Notes: a model not told the origin generated them from the sequence alone. Numbered from the stretch's first letter, positions 43,240 to 58,968 are shown. The stretch: 64,000 bases of DNA from Eledone cirrhosa (GCA_964016885.1 OZ024750.1:21452001-21516000), one strand, 5' to 3'. Made by a program: numbers and translations.

Positions 43240-44095
43240 TAGCTGTTTGTTTGTGAAATGAATGTACATGTGGCTGGCCATCCCTCTAACAAATATGCCC
43301 AGGGAGATTCCCACTTGTTCGTGTCTGTCGAAAACCTATCATTTCCGACAATCTGTGTTCCACTCGTTAGAACAATAGAGCAGCCTTTTCATGAAATTAA
43401 CCTGCTAGTACCTGAGCATTCCCCCAATATATGTGCACTGACTTTTCTTCTCTGAAAGGTCAATTTCTCACTGAGACAAGACTGAGCCATTGAATTCTAG
43501 GTGTGAATGTGTATGCCTTGTCAGACTTCTGTAGGCTCCAACACCGAGTGTAAGTGACTGAGCTTTCCTCAGACTCATGTACCCTTAATTTAATTCTCCG
43601 GTAGATTCAGCGTATTGTGGTGAGTGACAAGGGTTGGCCGTTGTATTACAGATGTGTGTTGGACCTCTGGTGGTTCCAAAGACAATGTTCCAAATATTCA
43701 AAAAACAGACCAGCCAGCTCGTTAAATTTACGTACAAGTAACTGACTATTCCTCAGACCCGAGTAATTTTAACATAATTCTCAGGGAGATCCATCATGTC
43801 ACACTGTATTTCAAGGCTAACCATTTAATACAGAGTAACAGTCCGTCCATCTTGTATTATAACGTAAGTCACTGAACAGTCCATAGACACTGGATAACAA
43901 AGGTAACACTTTGAACAGGTTCAATCCATCCAACTTGCTGCTAAAGAGTTCCCGCCAACCCGAATTTATTTCCAAGAATTGTACCAACACGTGACCGGCT
44001 CAGATTTATGTCATCTACCCAAAGTAATGAGTGATCTATTCAAACACGTGACATGTTTGCGAAGCAAATTTCTTAACCATTCGGCCCTGTTCTAC
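43240..44095 (-). mobile_element. Cluster of diverged second-family Octopus SINE remnants
   Basis: Recurrent GTGAAATTAA..CAAGTG(G/A)CTGA..TACCCTTAA..TTCTC.GGGAGAT motifs. Confidence 0.55.
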
Positions 44096-44899
44096 ATATT
44101 TATTTCATAGGATTTACAGAAAAAAACAAACTAGTAAAATCTAAGTAAAGTTTGACAGATTGATGTTATAACTCTATAATGAAAGGAATGAGGATCTATA
44201 TTATATATATTAAATTGTGCACTTGGTTTATGCCTGCATATATATAGTTTATACCTATATACATGTTAACAGTGAGTGCATGAATATATATATAATTATA
44301 TACACTGGCTATATACACATATCAACATGTCCAATTTAAATAATTCTCTATAAATTGAAAAAGCAATAGGATTATTCCGATTCGCTTTTCGACACTAGTT
44401 GGGGTTTCAGCCAAGAATATGCACATCATGCATTCACACGTAAATACGAAACTGTCAGCCTTGTAAAACCGTTTAAATGTATTAGTAATCATGAAATGAC
44501 CTATTAATGTACGTATTTTTCTGTCTAGTGCCTTTCTTGATTGTACATTTGAATATATATTAAATTGTGCACTAAACAGTCAAATTATATGCTAAATCTA
44601 TATCAGACATGGCACCTCACTGTCATTTCAAATTCTAATTATTCCATACATAAACTACAACTACTGCAAAAACATATATCAGACAAGGCCATAAGATTAC
44701 ATCAGAACTAGAATTTACGTTTCTATGTATTGGTCTCAAAGGATAGCTTCATTTCCGAATATACTTGTCTCTTGTCATTAGTATTAATAAGGTAACTACC
44801 AGAGTTGCATTAGATAAAACCCAAGGGCCGCAGATTATGTCTATTTTCGTTCAAAATCTCAGAAGTGCCGTTATATATATATATGTGTGTTTGAAAATT

Positions 44900-45125
44900 A
44901 CTTATCTGAAAACGTGTGTGAAACAGATACTTTGGAAGGGTCATGCTGTCTATAAAAACACACGCACCTGATCGATTTTCACTTCAATTTATTATAAACC
45001 TCTAGTTGGTTAGTTTTATAACCGGATAGTTGTTTATTGGTTTGTCAAAGCGCTTTCGTACCACATTCCGTGACCTCCTCATTGACTAATTTGTTATTGT
45101 GTGTATCTCATTTGTTCTGTTCTAC
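44900..45125 (-). mobile_element. Family 4 element with mutated HHR (45044-45086)
   Basis: Reverse complement: GTCA-ATGAGGA-G GTCACG..-GAAA-GCGC-TT-TGAC. Confidence 0.7.
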
Positions 45126-46313
45126 TCCATCTTCTTGGTGGCGTTAATATTTTTTCTTGTTATTTTTGTGCGTTTTTGTGCTGTTACTGTTTTTATCCTT
45201 GTTGTTATTCCTTTTCTTATCATTGTTGTTTATTCCTAGACTATTGGTTAGAGAAATATAGTAAAGAAGGTGACATTTTATTAAATTGAAACTGCGGCAT
45301 TCACCCACCATACACTTTCAACTCATTTACTCTTAGGCAAGGTATTTCCAGAGGCCATTGGCGTTGGAGAGAATTCGTTCAGTCACTCTGCACTCTGATT
45401 TCAAATTCCAGCAAAGTCACTTTGACTTTCATCCCATCAGGAGAGTCGCTAAAAACCCTACTAATCAAGGGTAGTGAATTGTAAAATTGTTTGAGGGCCG
45501 AATCAAAGTCCTTCTGGTATTTGTTACGGCTCTTTATGTTCTGAGCTCATATACCACTGTTACCCATTCGAGTGGCACACCCCATTCTACCAATCTTCAG
45601 AAATCTTAAAACAGTGAGTCACAATCTTCCCTTTTCTTTCTCTCTGAATCATGATTTCCCATGATGTTTTCATGAATTCCTTCAACTCTTCGTTGTTTAT
45701 GGAGAAACCGAAGTTCTGAGTTGTAACTGCTCTTCTTGCTGACTAAAAGATGAAACAAATTGCTTTCATTACTTATATTAAACAGAGATTTCAACAAAAA
45801 ATGGTAGTTAGAAATTCTGACATTATTTTAGGGTTGTTTTCTCATATTGAAAAACATATTAAAAAGGAACCATTATTTGAACGGGAATTAACAAATACAT
45901 GATGTAACTAGATATATATATGGCTACAACTAAATGGTAAACAATTTCATTGTAAACTATTACTGAGCAATTTCATATATTTTTTTTAGATAATTAGTGC
46001 CTGCAAAAGAAATGATCGGTATAGACAATTAAAAATTTAGAAAAAGAATATTCTAGAATATTTATCATAATTGGGGAACCATTTTTGTGGGGATTTTTAT
46101 TTTTTGTATGTTTGATTGTTTTTTTTTTGTTTCGTTTTTCATTCATTCCAATGTAGAAAAATGAAAATGGAAACCAACAAAAACGATAGCGCCGGATATA
46201 TACGTCTGGCAGAAGTTATGTCGGTAATCAATATAACACATTTGCATTTTGATTAAATATAAAAGCAATTATGCACACATATATATATATATATATATAT
46301 GAAGTAATCAATA

Positions 46314-46382
<69 letters not shown>

Positions 46383-46825
46383 GTGGTGTAAGAGGGGCAG
46401 ATGATGTTTAATTATTAATATTGTCAGGAAGACACATTTATCCTATGTAATAATAGTTCCATAGATTTATTGTTTGAGAAAGCGGTCGTTTTGTAATCTA
46501 CATATTCAGAGGCGTCTGTGGTTAAATTGCCTTATGTATGTGTATGTCATATATACATATATTTATGCTCTTGTATAAATAAATACAAACTATATATATA
46601 TATATATCAAGTTGGAGATCGGATCACTGTCATGTTACCCCGAAGTTTTCCTGTGCATATATATATATTAATTATATTATTCTAGTTGGTTTTCAAAATA
46701 TAGAATAATAAAGAGCAAACGTTTGCTGATGGGGGATATATAATACTGGTAGTACTGGAAATATATTATACATAATCAAGTGACTGATTTAATAAATACG
46801 GAATGTGTCTTAGGAAGTGTCCTAG

Positions 46826-46877
<52 letters not shown>

Positions 46878-46937
46878 TATATATCTCTCTATCTTTCTCT
46901 CTCTAATTATATGTATATGGTTGTCTGCGTCCGACCC

Positions 46938-46996
<59 letters not shown>

Positions 46997-47046
46997 GTGT
47001 GTGCGTGCGTGCTTGTGTGTGTGTGTATGTGTGTGTGTGGGGGGGG

Positions 47047-47181
47047 TATCCCGGCTTCAATCGGAGGTAACTACAGTAAGTTAGGTACTCATTACATAGC
47101 AGAATATAAATATTTAATATAGAAATTGCTTCTGCACGTCTAGAACTGTTTCAGTCGGGAGAAATCATCAGGAATCCCTGG
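47047..47181 (-). mobile_element. Family 2 element with degenerate HHR
   Basis: Reverse complement: GGGATTC-CTGATGA-TTTC..T-GAAACAGTTCTAG..; tail as in 23090-23165. Confidence 0.8.
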
Positions 47182-47186
47182 GCTTA

Positions 47187-47278
<92 letters not shown>

Positions 47279-47569
47279 CAAGTGCAAGCTTAGTAAAATC
47301 GAAGCTTTGGCTGTGGCCAAGCTAACGACCTACAATTAGGAATGAGCAGCAAAGTACTCAATAAGGTCTTAGAGTAATAACATACGTTTAGACAGCTTGA
47401 AAAATTGAAAATTGCGGTAGGTAACCTAGCCACACAATACCAAAAACAACGAAAAAACTAATCCGGTTAGACAACTGACTTTGTATGTGACAGATGCACA
47501 GAAGTAGTAATGCACTGAAAGCACATGCGGAATATATACCATCAGTTGCTATGGAGATTCCTCAGAACT

Positions 47570-47990
47570 TGATGACAGCATTTGTTATTTAGGAACCCTA
47601 AACAGCTCTGTGCTTGATGCTCGGAAGGTGTAATAGCCAAGGTTAGTATTGACTGGAAGATGTTTAGGATGCTAGTACCTCTGTTGACAAGAAAAGGTTT
47701 CTTTCTCACAGTGAACGGTAGACTATGCGGTACCTACATGGAAATTGCAGTGCTACTTGGTAGTGAAACCTGGTCTTTAACTGCAGTAAATCTGCGAGTA
47801 TTCTTAGGTGGATGTGTAATGTAAGTGTGCTTAAATGCCGTAGCGTATGCGAGCTAAGGAAAGAACTTGCATATACTGAAATGTAAAGATATCACAGTGG
47901 CTGCGAACCGTGGAAGATACAGATGCCGGAAGACTTGAAAGGTGATAGTGAAGATTAAACTTCAGAAAGTAAACCTTCATGCTAATGGAG
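47570..47990 (+). mobile_element. Degenerate RTE LINE fragment
   Basis: WKMFRMLVPLLTRKG..VNGRLC..AVLLGSETWSL. Confidence 0.65.
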
Positions 47991-48595
47991 GCCATCCTTT
48001 CCGTTTGGTTCATCACCTTGTCATATCCCATCACATGTGTCATACATCCATAGCATCATACTTATTTTCTGTCTCGTTCCTTCCTCACTCCGCAGTGTAG
48101 AGAGGACTCTCTTACGTTGGCACAATAACCGACAACCACTCAAGCCACGAAAAGACGCCATTTAAAGCATGTAAACTGGTTGGCGATATGAAGGGCACCT
48201 TACTGAAGAAATCATTAATCTGTCTATTAATCTGTGTGAGTGACAGAGACACAGAGAGAGGGGCTGAGAGAGAGAGCGTACGTATGTGTGTGTGTATGTG
48301 TGTGTGTGTGTGTGTTTATACAAATAGTTTATTTCATTTGTTCTTCAAAATTGTTTTGTCATTTCAGCCAGAAACATGGTACGTTGTTGGACATCACAAC
48401 ATGACACAGAAATCTAATATCTGTCAAACCATTTGACATATTTAATAGTATGCGTCCATATAGTAGATCCCAGAACTAACTTTAACTTTAGATTCATAAA
48501 ATATGCATAGAATTATGAATATTTATACTCTTGACAATATAATGACAAGGACAGAACTGAGTGGTTTCATGTATGTATATATATTTATATATATA

Positions 48596-48661
<66 letters not shown>

Positions 48662-48863
48662 TGTGCGTGTATTTTTTAGTGTATATGTATATATAGCCTT
48701 ATGGGGGCTTTCATATATTTATATATGCGTATGCGTGTGTAGGTGTATATACACTCATTTATATATGTGTATATTTGCATACTTACATACATACACACAT
48801 GTATGTGTATATAGAGAAAGATTGAGGGACAGACATATGAATATTTGTAAACACACATATGTA

Positions 48864-48941
<78 letters not shown>

Positions 48942-49117
48942 GGTGTGTAATTCAACAAAAATACAGTGTTTCACCAGTCCAAAGATCAGATCGATACTGG
49001 AGTCGGGTCCATAGCTATTATGTGTGACATTCAGTCAATCCTGTACTAAAGATGCGGAGCAGGACTATACACAACAAGAACTTAATACATTTAAAGGAAA
49101 CACCATCGTCTTTCTTA

Positions 49118-49176
<59 letters not shown>

Positions 49177-49179
49177 ATA

Positions 49180-49452
49180 TAAGATCAAAAGATGGTTAAA
49201 GGAGTTCCATGTATTTTATTATGCGCATTTCAAAAACAAACATCATCATGCAATAATATTTGTGTTTTCATCAGATAAAACAGGAGAACATGATATGAAG
49301 GCTAAAAAACACTTGTGGATAGTGCAGTTTTAAATCAACATATCAACATATCTTTTGATCTTATATTATGTATACACCAGTCCTACAAACTGTAGAGTGC
49401 TTCTTATCCGATATCTGCATTGCTTTATTGTACTACAATAAAACTCACCTCC

Positions 49453-49455
<3 letters not shown>
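49180..49455. mobile_element. Family 7 short element with inversion and HHR
   Basis: Both ends in (TA)n; homolog at 62222-62457. Confidence 0.85.
49212..49282 (-). ncRNA. Type I hammerhead ribozyme (family 7)
   Basis: Reverse complement: TGTTTTAT-CTGATGA-long stem II-GAAA-TGCGCA-TA-ATAAAATA; core identical to 62358-62420. Confidence 0.8.
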
Positions 49456-49490
<35 letters not shown>

Positions 49491-49510
49491 CACACATATA
49501 TATATATATA

Positions 49511-49541
<31 letters not shown>

Positions 49542-49551
49542 ACACATATAT

Positions 49552-50161
49552 ATGGTGGCTGCCAACTCGTTTTCGAGTACGGCCACTACTTTATATCCAT
49601 GTAGGAGAACCCCTACCGATGCGCTGAACGAGTGTGACTTTTTAGTACAGCCAGCGACTTGAAAACTCTGGTACAAACACTACACTTGTGACAATTATTG
49701 ACACATAGTGCTGGGCCCATGGTACCATGTGACGACAAGTGCAGAGAGATCTCTAGATATAAAGCAATGCCTGTGCCATGAAGCTTTTATAGTGAGCAAA
49801 GGCACTGCACAAAGCCAGTCCCACTCTCCTAATCAAGATGATATTTACCAAAAAGAAGAACAAGTCAACATCATTGGATACCATCAGGGTTGCAGATGTT
49901 ATATCAGAGTTTTCCTTCTCCTAGAATTCTGACTTGACAAAAGCTAAGGGGTCACCTCCCCCGGTGATTTTGGATGGCCATTGACTCTTAAGAGCTTCTT
50001 TGCCCTTTGACAGGTTTTGTTTTTAGTCCTGCGGGATGTCCAAAGTCACCCTCCTCACAAAGAAACCTTGGTGGGGTTGCCAGTTTTGTCGCCAACGACC
50101 CGACCATGAAACAGGTGGTACTGGGATACATGTTACCAGTAGCACCAACTGGTGACCTGAC
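49552..50161 (-). mobile_element. Full copy of the ~620-bp RTE-derived non-autonomous element
   Basis: Colinear reverse complement of 31238-31855 with the same 5' start. Confidence 0.9.
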
Positions 50162-50166
50162 ATATA

Positions 50167-50236
<70 letters not shown>

Positions 50237-50255
50237 CATACACATATATATATAT

Positions 50256-50322
<67 letters not shown>

Positions 50323-50339
50323 CACATATATATATATAT

Positions 50340-50380
<41 letters not shown>

Positions 50381-50406
50381 TATATATATATATATATACA
50401 CACACC

Positions 50407-50462
<56 letters not shown>

Positions 50463-50590
50463 CATATATATATACATACACTTATATATATATATATATA
50501 CATACACATATATATATATATATATACATATATATATACATATATATATATATATATTGTCCATTATACATACATATATATATATACATA

Positions 50591-50632
<42 letters not shown>

Positions 50633-50635
50633 CAT

Positions 50636-50762
<127 letters not shown>

Positions 50763-50855
50763 TATACACACATATATATATATATATATACATACATATA
50801 TATATATATACACACATATATATATATATATATATATACATACATATATATATAT

Positions 50856-50946
<91 letters not shown>

Positions 50947-50959
50947 CATATATATATAT

Positions 50960-51005
<46 letters not shown>

Positions 51006-52081
51006 GCACATATATATAGGAGGTCATTTGACCCTTAGTGAAGGGAACATTATTCCTTCAAATTTCTAGTGGAAATGGCAGACAAATCCCTTTATATCAC
51101 TTCCTGCAGTATTACAGCAGTCGAGCAGGAAGAGGCATTGGACTTTGCAAATTTATGTATGAAACATATGGGATGGTCACGACTGGGAATGCCTTTGATT
51201 ATATACCTGCTTTACTCTATCTGAGCTGGTACCAGTTTAAATAACAAACAGCACAATAAAATAACTTTTACGTGGGATTTACGGTGCAACTCATTACGGA
51301 TAATGATAGGGAAAATAAAGCTGTACAGATTTTGTAGACTGATGTTTAGATAAATGGAGAAAGTTCCTTTGTATTAGTAATAGAAGATAGAGTGGAATGA
51401 CTAATAGCATCAGTTAGTTTGTAATGTGTCTACCTGGTTGGAGTCACGCGGAAACACGTCAAATATATCATTTCATAGAACCTGTTAATGATTCTGATTC
51501 GTTGAGAAGAACAGTGAAAATTCCTCTTTCAATCGATGTTGTATATTATAGGTCACTGAAACATAACTACTGAAGCGCTTCTGATAATGTCTATTTTTAC
51601 TACTTGCTTTTGTCCATTATACAGCATCATACAGTACTTATATTATAAATAATTATATTTCTTAGCAAGTGATAAGGTATTGCAGAACAAGTTCAAAGTG
51701 CTACATTACATCCCTAGATACGAGACCTCATTCTCTAGTTTCTTAGATCACATGAGTTGTCCACGTTTTTAATTTTGTTTTCTATCACTACTACTGCTGA
51801 GCAATGGCGTCGTTGGTTAGGCGCTTTCCAACGAACCAATAACTGCTTCGCTGCATTTGTGACGCCGACAGCGAAGCAGTGAATGTATGATGTACGTAAC
51901 TTGATGCATAACAAATATCTCAGGGAGTTCTTCTTTCGTAAAATACACGTTTACTGTGATTTCGCTGATGATAATATCCTTCGCTGACATACATATAGAT
52001 AAATACACACACATATACACTTTCATAAGTATATATATATATATATATATATACATATATACACGCACACGCACACGCACG

Positions 52082-52115
<34 letters not shown>

Positions 52116-52131
52116 AATAGAGAGAGAGGTT

Positions 52132-52165
<34 letters not shown>

Positions 52166-54302
52166 ATACTTACTATTGTGTATGCAATTATAGAAGAAAG
52201 TACTCAATACTTGTTAATAGAATAGATAAGAGATGTCAACCCTGAAACATGTGTATTGATCTGCCAACCAAATAGGTTACAGTGGTATTTGATCTCAGAA
52301 TTTGAATTTCCCTTCACTGAGAAATGATTTTATGGACAACAAAATGATGAAAGTCAAAATTGCCCTGGAGTGGCTTGAACTCAGGACAAAACTTCAGTCG
52401 GAGAAATACCGGAAGTGATTTTACCTACACTTTAACAACCCTACCATATCATTGCTTACTCTGACGATCGTTACGAAGCTAGAAACCCAATTCGATCATT
52501 CTAGGCGTCAATAAGGCTGATAGCTCATCGATTGCTAACTCTGGAAACCTCGAGAGGTTTATCAGTTTCTTAGTTTAAAGCACTGCACCACTATTTATTT
52601 TATTTATTCCATATTTTTATAAAAGAAATCTATCACCATCTACAGCGTGATATGAACTCCCAATTCTAGTTCTAGACGTTGATTAATGTCTTGTGTAGAG
52701 AAAAGAAAAACAGAATCTAGTCTTCTTTTTATATCAGGATGTAAAATTACTTGAACATATTTTGATGTTCAGCCGTGTTTTACTTATTTTTTTTTATCTC
52801 TGCTTCAGTTTCAATTTTCGTAATGGATGATGACGTAGTTAGTTATCGCTCCACGTTCACCTTACTTTGATCTCATTCTAGCTGCTGCTGTTATTTTTCT
52901 CCTATGTTGTTGGAGGTGGTGGTGTTGTTTCATGTCGTAGGTGTTGTTGTTGTAATAATAGTGGTTGTTGTAATTGTTGTTTTCTGCTGTTGTTTGCTGC
53001 TAAAGAAATATATGGACACCGAAAGCTATGTAATTATTCAAAATGAAAAGAATCTATTATTTTTTGACGTTCCACCACTACAACATACTTTCAATGTTTC
53101 AAGCTTACTGATAATGTGTTCCGATGATAGATACGTTACTTTGCTTTCTATTTCTAAAGAATTAGGTGAAGCACATTACTTTTTCCTTCTTCCTTTTGTG
53201 GGTTTTTCTTCTGTTTCTTTTGTTGCTTCCGTTTATTTTGCCTTATACTGCTTTTTGATTGACTTTCTGAATTTCCGAGTAAATTCCATAAAATATTCGA
53301 GCTCACATTTGGTAAACAGAATTGTTCTATTATTGAGACAATTCTGGAGACGCCACTGAATATTTATATCAGAGACTCTAAGTCTAGATAATGCTAACTA
53401 TATCAATTTTCCTAATTTTTGGTGCAGTTTAAGAGGTAGATGTTTTTGCTTTATTTTACTATCTTTTTATTTTATTTTGAACTGGCTTCTCTTGGGAAGT
53501 TAATTTTTAGATGATAAAATGTATTGCTGTATTTTTTTCTACAAAAAAGTGATATAATTTTCATATATAATCAAAGAGATCTATGATAGAAATTCTCAAT
53601 TATTCTTTTGTTTCATTCTTTTTTGAAAACACCCCATTTATAATAAACATATGGTTGTAAACAGCTTTATTTGTTAATCCATAGTCGTTATGGGAACCAC
53701 TAATGGTAACTGTGTTGTGGCTGTAAATCCTTATCTAGAGTTCATAGCTAAAACAGATTTCAATTCCCTGTTGGAAATAATTCACTACTATTATATTATT
53801 AATGCTTCTGGGACAATCATGAAGCTCCTGTGTCGGACGAAATTCAATATGGCTAACTATCTACTGATTAATATCTCAGTGCTTCCAGCGTAGTGGAGTA
53901 AAAATTCGGTTTATTGTACTTTAAGTTATTATTCAATATAATTAAGATTTCTATCACGTCATTTTCATATCAAATACTTTTAATACAGTAAAAAAAGAAA
54001 TGCAAAGTAGCCCATCATTAAATCAGACCGAGGAAATAATGTCTCCATTTGTCTTTCAACTGCTGATAGAGGACAAGGCATCGTGACATTATGTATCTCG
54101 CTCAAGAACACGTTCTATCACATACAGTCAAAAATACCGTGGAACCTCAACTATTATTATTATTATTAGAATGCCCACATTGATACGGTATAATTTTGAA
54201 TATTTTAAAACTATATCTAGATATGCAATCATCATAGCTGATTATTGTTTCTCCTACAGTTATCCCCGATAACTACTGCTGATCTTAATATTTCCTCCAT
54301 TA

Positions 54303-54520
54303 AAGGGTGGTGGACTGGCAGAATTGATTGAGTGTCTGAAAAACGACTATTGCGGTATTCATTCTAGCACTTTACATTCTGAGTTCCAAATCTCGCCGAA
54401 GTCTACTGTGCAACTTCCTTTCAGGGTCGATTAAATAAATTACGCATCACCTAATAGTATTTAGTTAATTAACTTTGCCCTTCCGCCAAATTTGCTGGCC
54501 TTGTGCCTAAATTAGAAATT
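54303..54520 (+). mobile_element. Diverged Octopus-type SINE
   Basis: TGGCAGAATTG, GAGTTCCAAATCTCGCCGA, GCTGGCCTTGTGCCTAAATTAGAAA. Confidence 0.75.
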
Positions 54521-54834
54521 AATATTTCCGCCAGTAAACTAGTCTTCTGGGGATTTTGAATAAAATATATATAATAGTAGGACACTGGAGGGTTATATCT
54601 GTAGTAGTAAAACACTCAGTCCATGGGACGAGTTTGGTAGAAGTAGTTTCACAACAGTTAGTTCACCATACTGTGAAACATTTGTTCCCGGCATGGTGCA
54701 CTAACTGTTGGGGAACTATTCAGCTCTATTTCAATAATTGAGTGTCACTAATGGGCCTAATATGCTGTGATACGAACTCGCAGCCTTCATATCTGTTTCA
54801 GATGCTACCAACTAGCTAAACTGCAACTAATAAC

Positions 54835-55021
54835 TGTTTCTACTTTAGGCACAAGGCCAGCAAATAACCAGTGCATTACTGGTACTTTATTTTATCGAGC
54901 CCGTATGGATGAAAGGCAAAGTCAACCTCGGCGGGATTTGAACTCAGATTGTAAGGGGACGTAACTATGCTGGAAAGCATGGCGTCAGACACTCTACCGA
55001 TACTGCCAATCCACCGCCGTT
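54835..55021 (-). mobile_element. Full-length Octopus-type SINE with 18-bp target site duplication
   Basis: TAAACTGCAACTAATAAC at 54817-54834 and 55022-55039; A box TGGCAGTATCGG, B box GAGTTCAAATCC. Confidence 0.92.
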
Positions 55022-56189
55022 TAAACTGCAACTAATAACGTTCATAAATTTATCACGTTTTTAAACATTCCGTGTAACAACTTTATGACACACAATGTAA
55101 GAGAGAGAGTAGAGAAGAAATATTACCATTATTGTCTCCTAGATTTATTAGTATCGACAATGGCTCCTGTGTTCTCAGTTTCAGCTGATTTCATTCAGCT
55201 AACATTTATTTTTGTCAAATATTCAGTAGAAGCAGCTATAACATTAATTTCCTATAATATCCTTAAAATATTATTGATACGATTTTAACTCTTACTGTCT
55301 TGTAGGAGATTTAGTAGAAAATATCTAACAGTGAGTTTGTAACTTAAATTGTTTATACTAGTTGACAGATAATTCTGTAAATATGCAGTATTAGTTTAAC
55401 GACTTGAATGTTTAACGTGATGCTATTTTATACGTTTCAAGAATGGCTTTCTAGTGCAGTGTCGTATGATACAGGACAATGTGAGTTAAAGTTAATTTGA
55501 TTTGACTGACGTATTTTATAAGCACAATTGTTTTTTTAAGTTATTTAAATTTAAATCATAATAAAAATATGTTTGTATATCAGATAATTATACAGAAGGT
55601 TTCTAATTTCCTGGTTTGCATCGGAGTTTGTAAGGCTAGAGTAATCTTTTAGAATATAATGTTTTGACAATATTTCACAATTTCCGATATGGGAAATATA
55701 AAAAGTGTAATGGTATTTTGTTCCAGAACAAAATGATGGTCTTGTTCTTGTTTAGGTTCAGGGTAAGCTGCATCGATCAGATCTATCATAGGGATATCTA
55801 TGTTTATTTTTCAATCTATCCGTTCGTTATTTACGTCGGAAGGGTGGGACTTTAGGTTATTTACCAGCGATTACTAGCAGGTTGTGCTTGCTACATAGAG
55901 ACTACTATCTACACCGAAATGTTTAACAGTGATATAAGTTGACAATCTCTTGAAGATACTTCTATTTTATGTGTTCATCTTCATCGTCATGAATGAAGTA
56001 GAATTTTAACAAAGGTTTCTTAGTGTATGATATATTATAGTCATGACAAAAATGTTAAATAGGGTTATTCGTGGATTTCAGGGAGGCTTTTGCTTTCTTG
56101 TTCTTACCGTCGTGTAAAATCAAATGCGTGTACGTGCGTATGTATATATAGGTGTATGTATGCGTAAATAGATAGATGAATGGATATTC

Positions 56190-56247
<58 letters not shown>

Positions 56248-56558
56248 TATATATATGTGTATATGTATATGTGTGTGCAAATATATGTCTGTATATGTAT
56301 TTATGTGTGTGTGTGTGTATATATATGTGTATGTCCGTGTACATGTATGTATATATATACATATATATATATTTTAATTATATCTGAATCTGTGTGTATA
56401 TGTATGCACACATATGTCTTTTTCTATATTGCTATATACTTTTATATATTATTTTTCTTACCCTTCTTTTCTTATGTATATTTCCCGTTATTTTTCCAGT
56501 CTCACTTCCAATTTTTAACAGATTTTAAATCACATTTCATATTTGTTATCCATAACAT

Positions 56559-56626
56559 CTCTGTCTGATGACCGATCCAGACATATATTAATATTGTCTG
56601 GGAACCAGAAATCTTTGGTAATGGAG
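56559..56626 (+). ncRNA. Candidate type I hammerhead ribozyme (singleton in this window)
   Basis: CTCTGT-CTGATGA-..CCAGACA(loop)TGTCTGG..-GAAA-TC TTT GG-TA-ATGGAG; base of stem II is unpaired. Confidence 0.55.
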
Positions 56627-56657
56627 TAGTTATATTTTGCGTTGTGCACTTTCTAAA

Positions 56658-56753
<96 letters not shown>

Positions 56754-58487
56754 AATATATATATGATATGTCACTTCAGAAAAAACTGAAATGTATATTT
56801 ATGTTCAGAATTACAAATATAAAATGAATAAGCAGCTGAAATAGAAAAGGTTTCTTTAAGGTCAGTACTTTCCATTTTAACATTTGTTCATAAATAAAGT
56901 TAAGTTAATACAATTATACGGTCTCTTTATAAAACAAAACAAATGTATATACATCTAACTCGTTTATGATTTTCAGTAATTGCAGTAAATAGCTCAATGA
57001 GATTAAACATCGAAATCCTAACACTTTTGGCACATATTACAGAACACACAAAAGCTTGGAGAACGTTAATTCCATGTTTTACCTGTAAAATATTGATCGT
57101 TTTCAAATATTTGAACCACATTACAATAGACATTTGTATGTGATGTATGAGAAATATTTGACATTTCGGTTACAATTTGGGAGTTGGCGTTTATTTAAGT
57201 TCAACTTCCTCTAGATTGCATACAGTTATTCATAAAAAGCACATTTCCATGACACTACCTCTAGAGTGTATGACATTTACAAAAGGGAATAAAACAGTTA
57301 TTGATTAAATATCACGGCAATGCACCACGGAGAGTATTCTTTTAATTTCTCAGAGATATTATATTTCATTGGCCATTGTATAAAGTCTGATTTTTTGAAA
57401 AGCAGTATGACAAAAACGGTAAAAAAAAATCCTGAAATTCAAAGCAATGAATTAAGAAAGAATTTCAATTTTTTTTATAATTCTACATACAACTGGCCAC
57501 TTGAAAATATGAAAGAAACTGGGAGAAATATTTGTGATATTTTAACTTTCAAGCAAAAATCTATTTTTCATTATGTAATTCTTCAGTTTTTTCATTAATG
57601 ACTTTCATTTTCTTTAGTAGATTATTTACGTCATGTATTTCTATAACCATGTTATCGACAATTAGGCGCCTAATGGATATAATCATTTGAAAAGAACATT
57701 TTAGAATCATTTGAAATTAAAGTTTTAGAATAATTTTTAAAAACAGATATTAAAACCACTTGGAATAAATTTTCTTTATTGTAATTTCAATTTCGATTCA
57801 TCGACGGCAGATTATCATCTTCACTTGATGACCCGAAGTTGAAACTGACAGCGGTGGTGTAATATATTGTAATTCTAATATTTAATTAAAGTTACTAGAC
57901 TCTAAAAACATATATTCATTTATGTAACGTTTTTAAATCGATTTAAATTAAATTCAAATAATCCACTTCTGAAACTAAAATAAAATCAGCGACATATTTT
58001 CTCTTTTATATTTTTTTGTTTCTGGAATCCTTGATGTTTCTTGCAATGTCTCAGTTGAAAGTTTGTCTGGAATTGACTTTAGAATATTTAACAGCATCTT
58101 TCAGTTGAATAATTAAATAGAAGCCACTTTCTGACGTGGATTCAATTCACTATATTTCCTATCTCTCGATTCGGGAGTGTGTAATAAATAAATTAATATT
58201 TTAGAATAGTCTGTACAAAGAAAAATAATCTGTCGTTGGTTGGAAACCAAAACACATCTTCATGTCCAGTTATATCTATACACATGAGATAAACTACTAT
58301 CGGTTTAAATGACTGAACAATGTAAGAGGCTCCTTGCTTTTTCCCCGATAATAAATAGCATTTTAATTATTTCAAAGAATTCTTAATTACTATGGGCACA
58401 ACGGTCCATCCATTGAACAATACAATTATTTCAATACTATGTTTTGATATAAATATCGTATATATACGCACTCAAAGTAATGTGTAA

Positions 58488-58968
58488 GTGCGTGAACGCC
58501 ACCTTCTTCACGGACGTGAACCTCCGGCACAGCGACTGAAGTCAAGGAGAAGATTCCTCAGCCATGTTCAGCCCCTAACAACATCTCAGGAAGAAACCAG
58601 ACTACAGCTATGGACTAGAAAGCTAGAGAATGACTCCCCTCCTATTGACATGGGAATCCGCCCTTCTGAAACCCTCCCGCATGGCTCAGAAGCACCATGA
58701 GTCCAGTGGAAGACACTCAACCGCCTGAGAATATGAATGGGGCGATCAAAAGCTGCTATGGCCACATGGGGCTACAAGACCGGCCCAAACATCTGCGAAT
58801 GCGGAGAGGAGGACCATACGATGCAGCACTGCCTTGTTTGTCCTCTACTACCCAACCAGTGCTGCTTAAAAGATCTCGCAGAATTTAATAATAATGCAAA
58901 GGACTGTGTAAAGAAATGTGAAACTGTCATATAACCACATGCTTTGAAGATACGAAAATAAGAAAAAA
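58488..58968 (+). mobile_element. 3' end of Ingi/Vingi-like LINE with CCHC zinc knuckle
   Basis: RLKSRRRF, WKTLNRLR, GRSK....WGY, CECGEEDHTMQHCLVCP; ends GATACG plus A-rich tail. Confidence 0.8.

Noticed and set aside
52904-53359. 151-aa hydrophobic ORF
   Set aside because: Driven by GTT/T-rich low complexity; no recognisable domain
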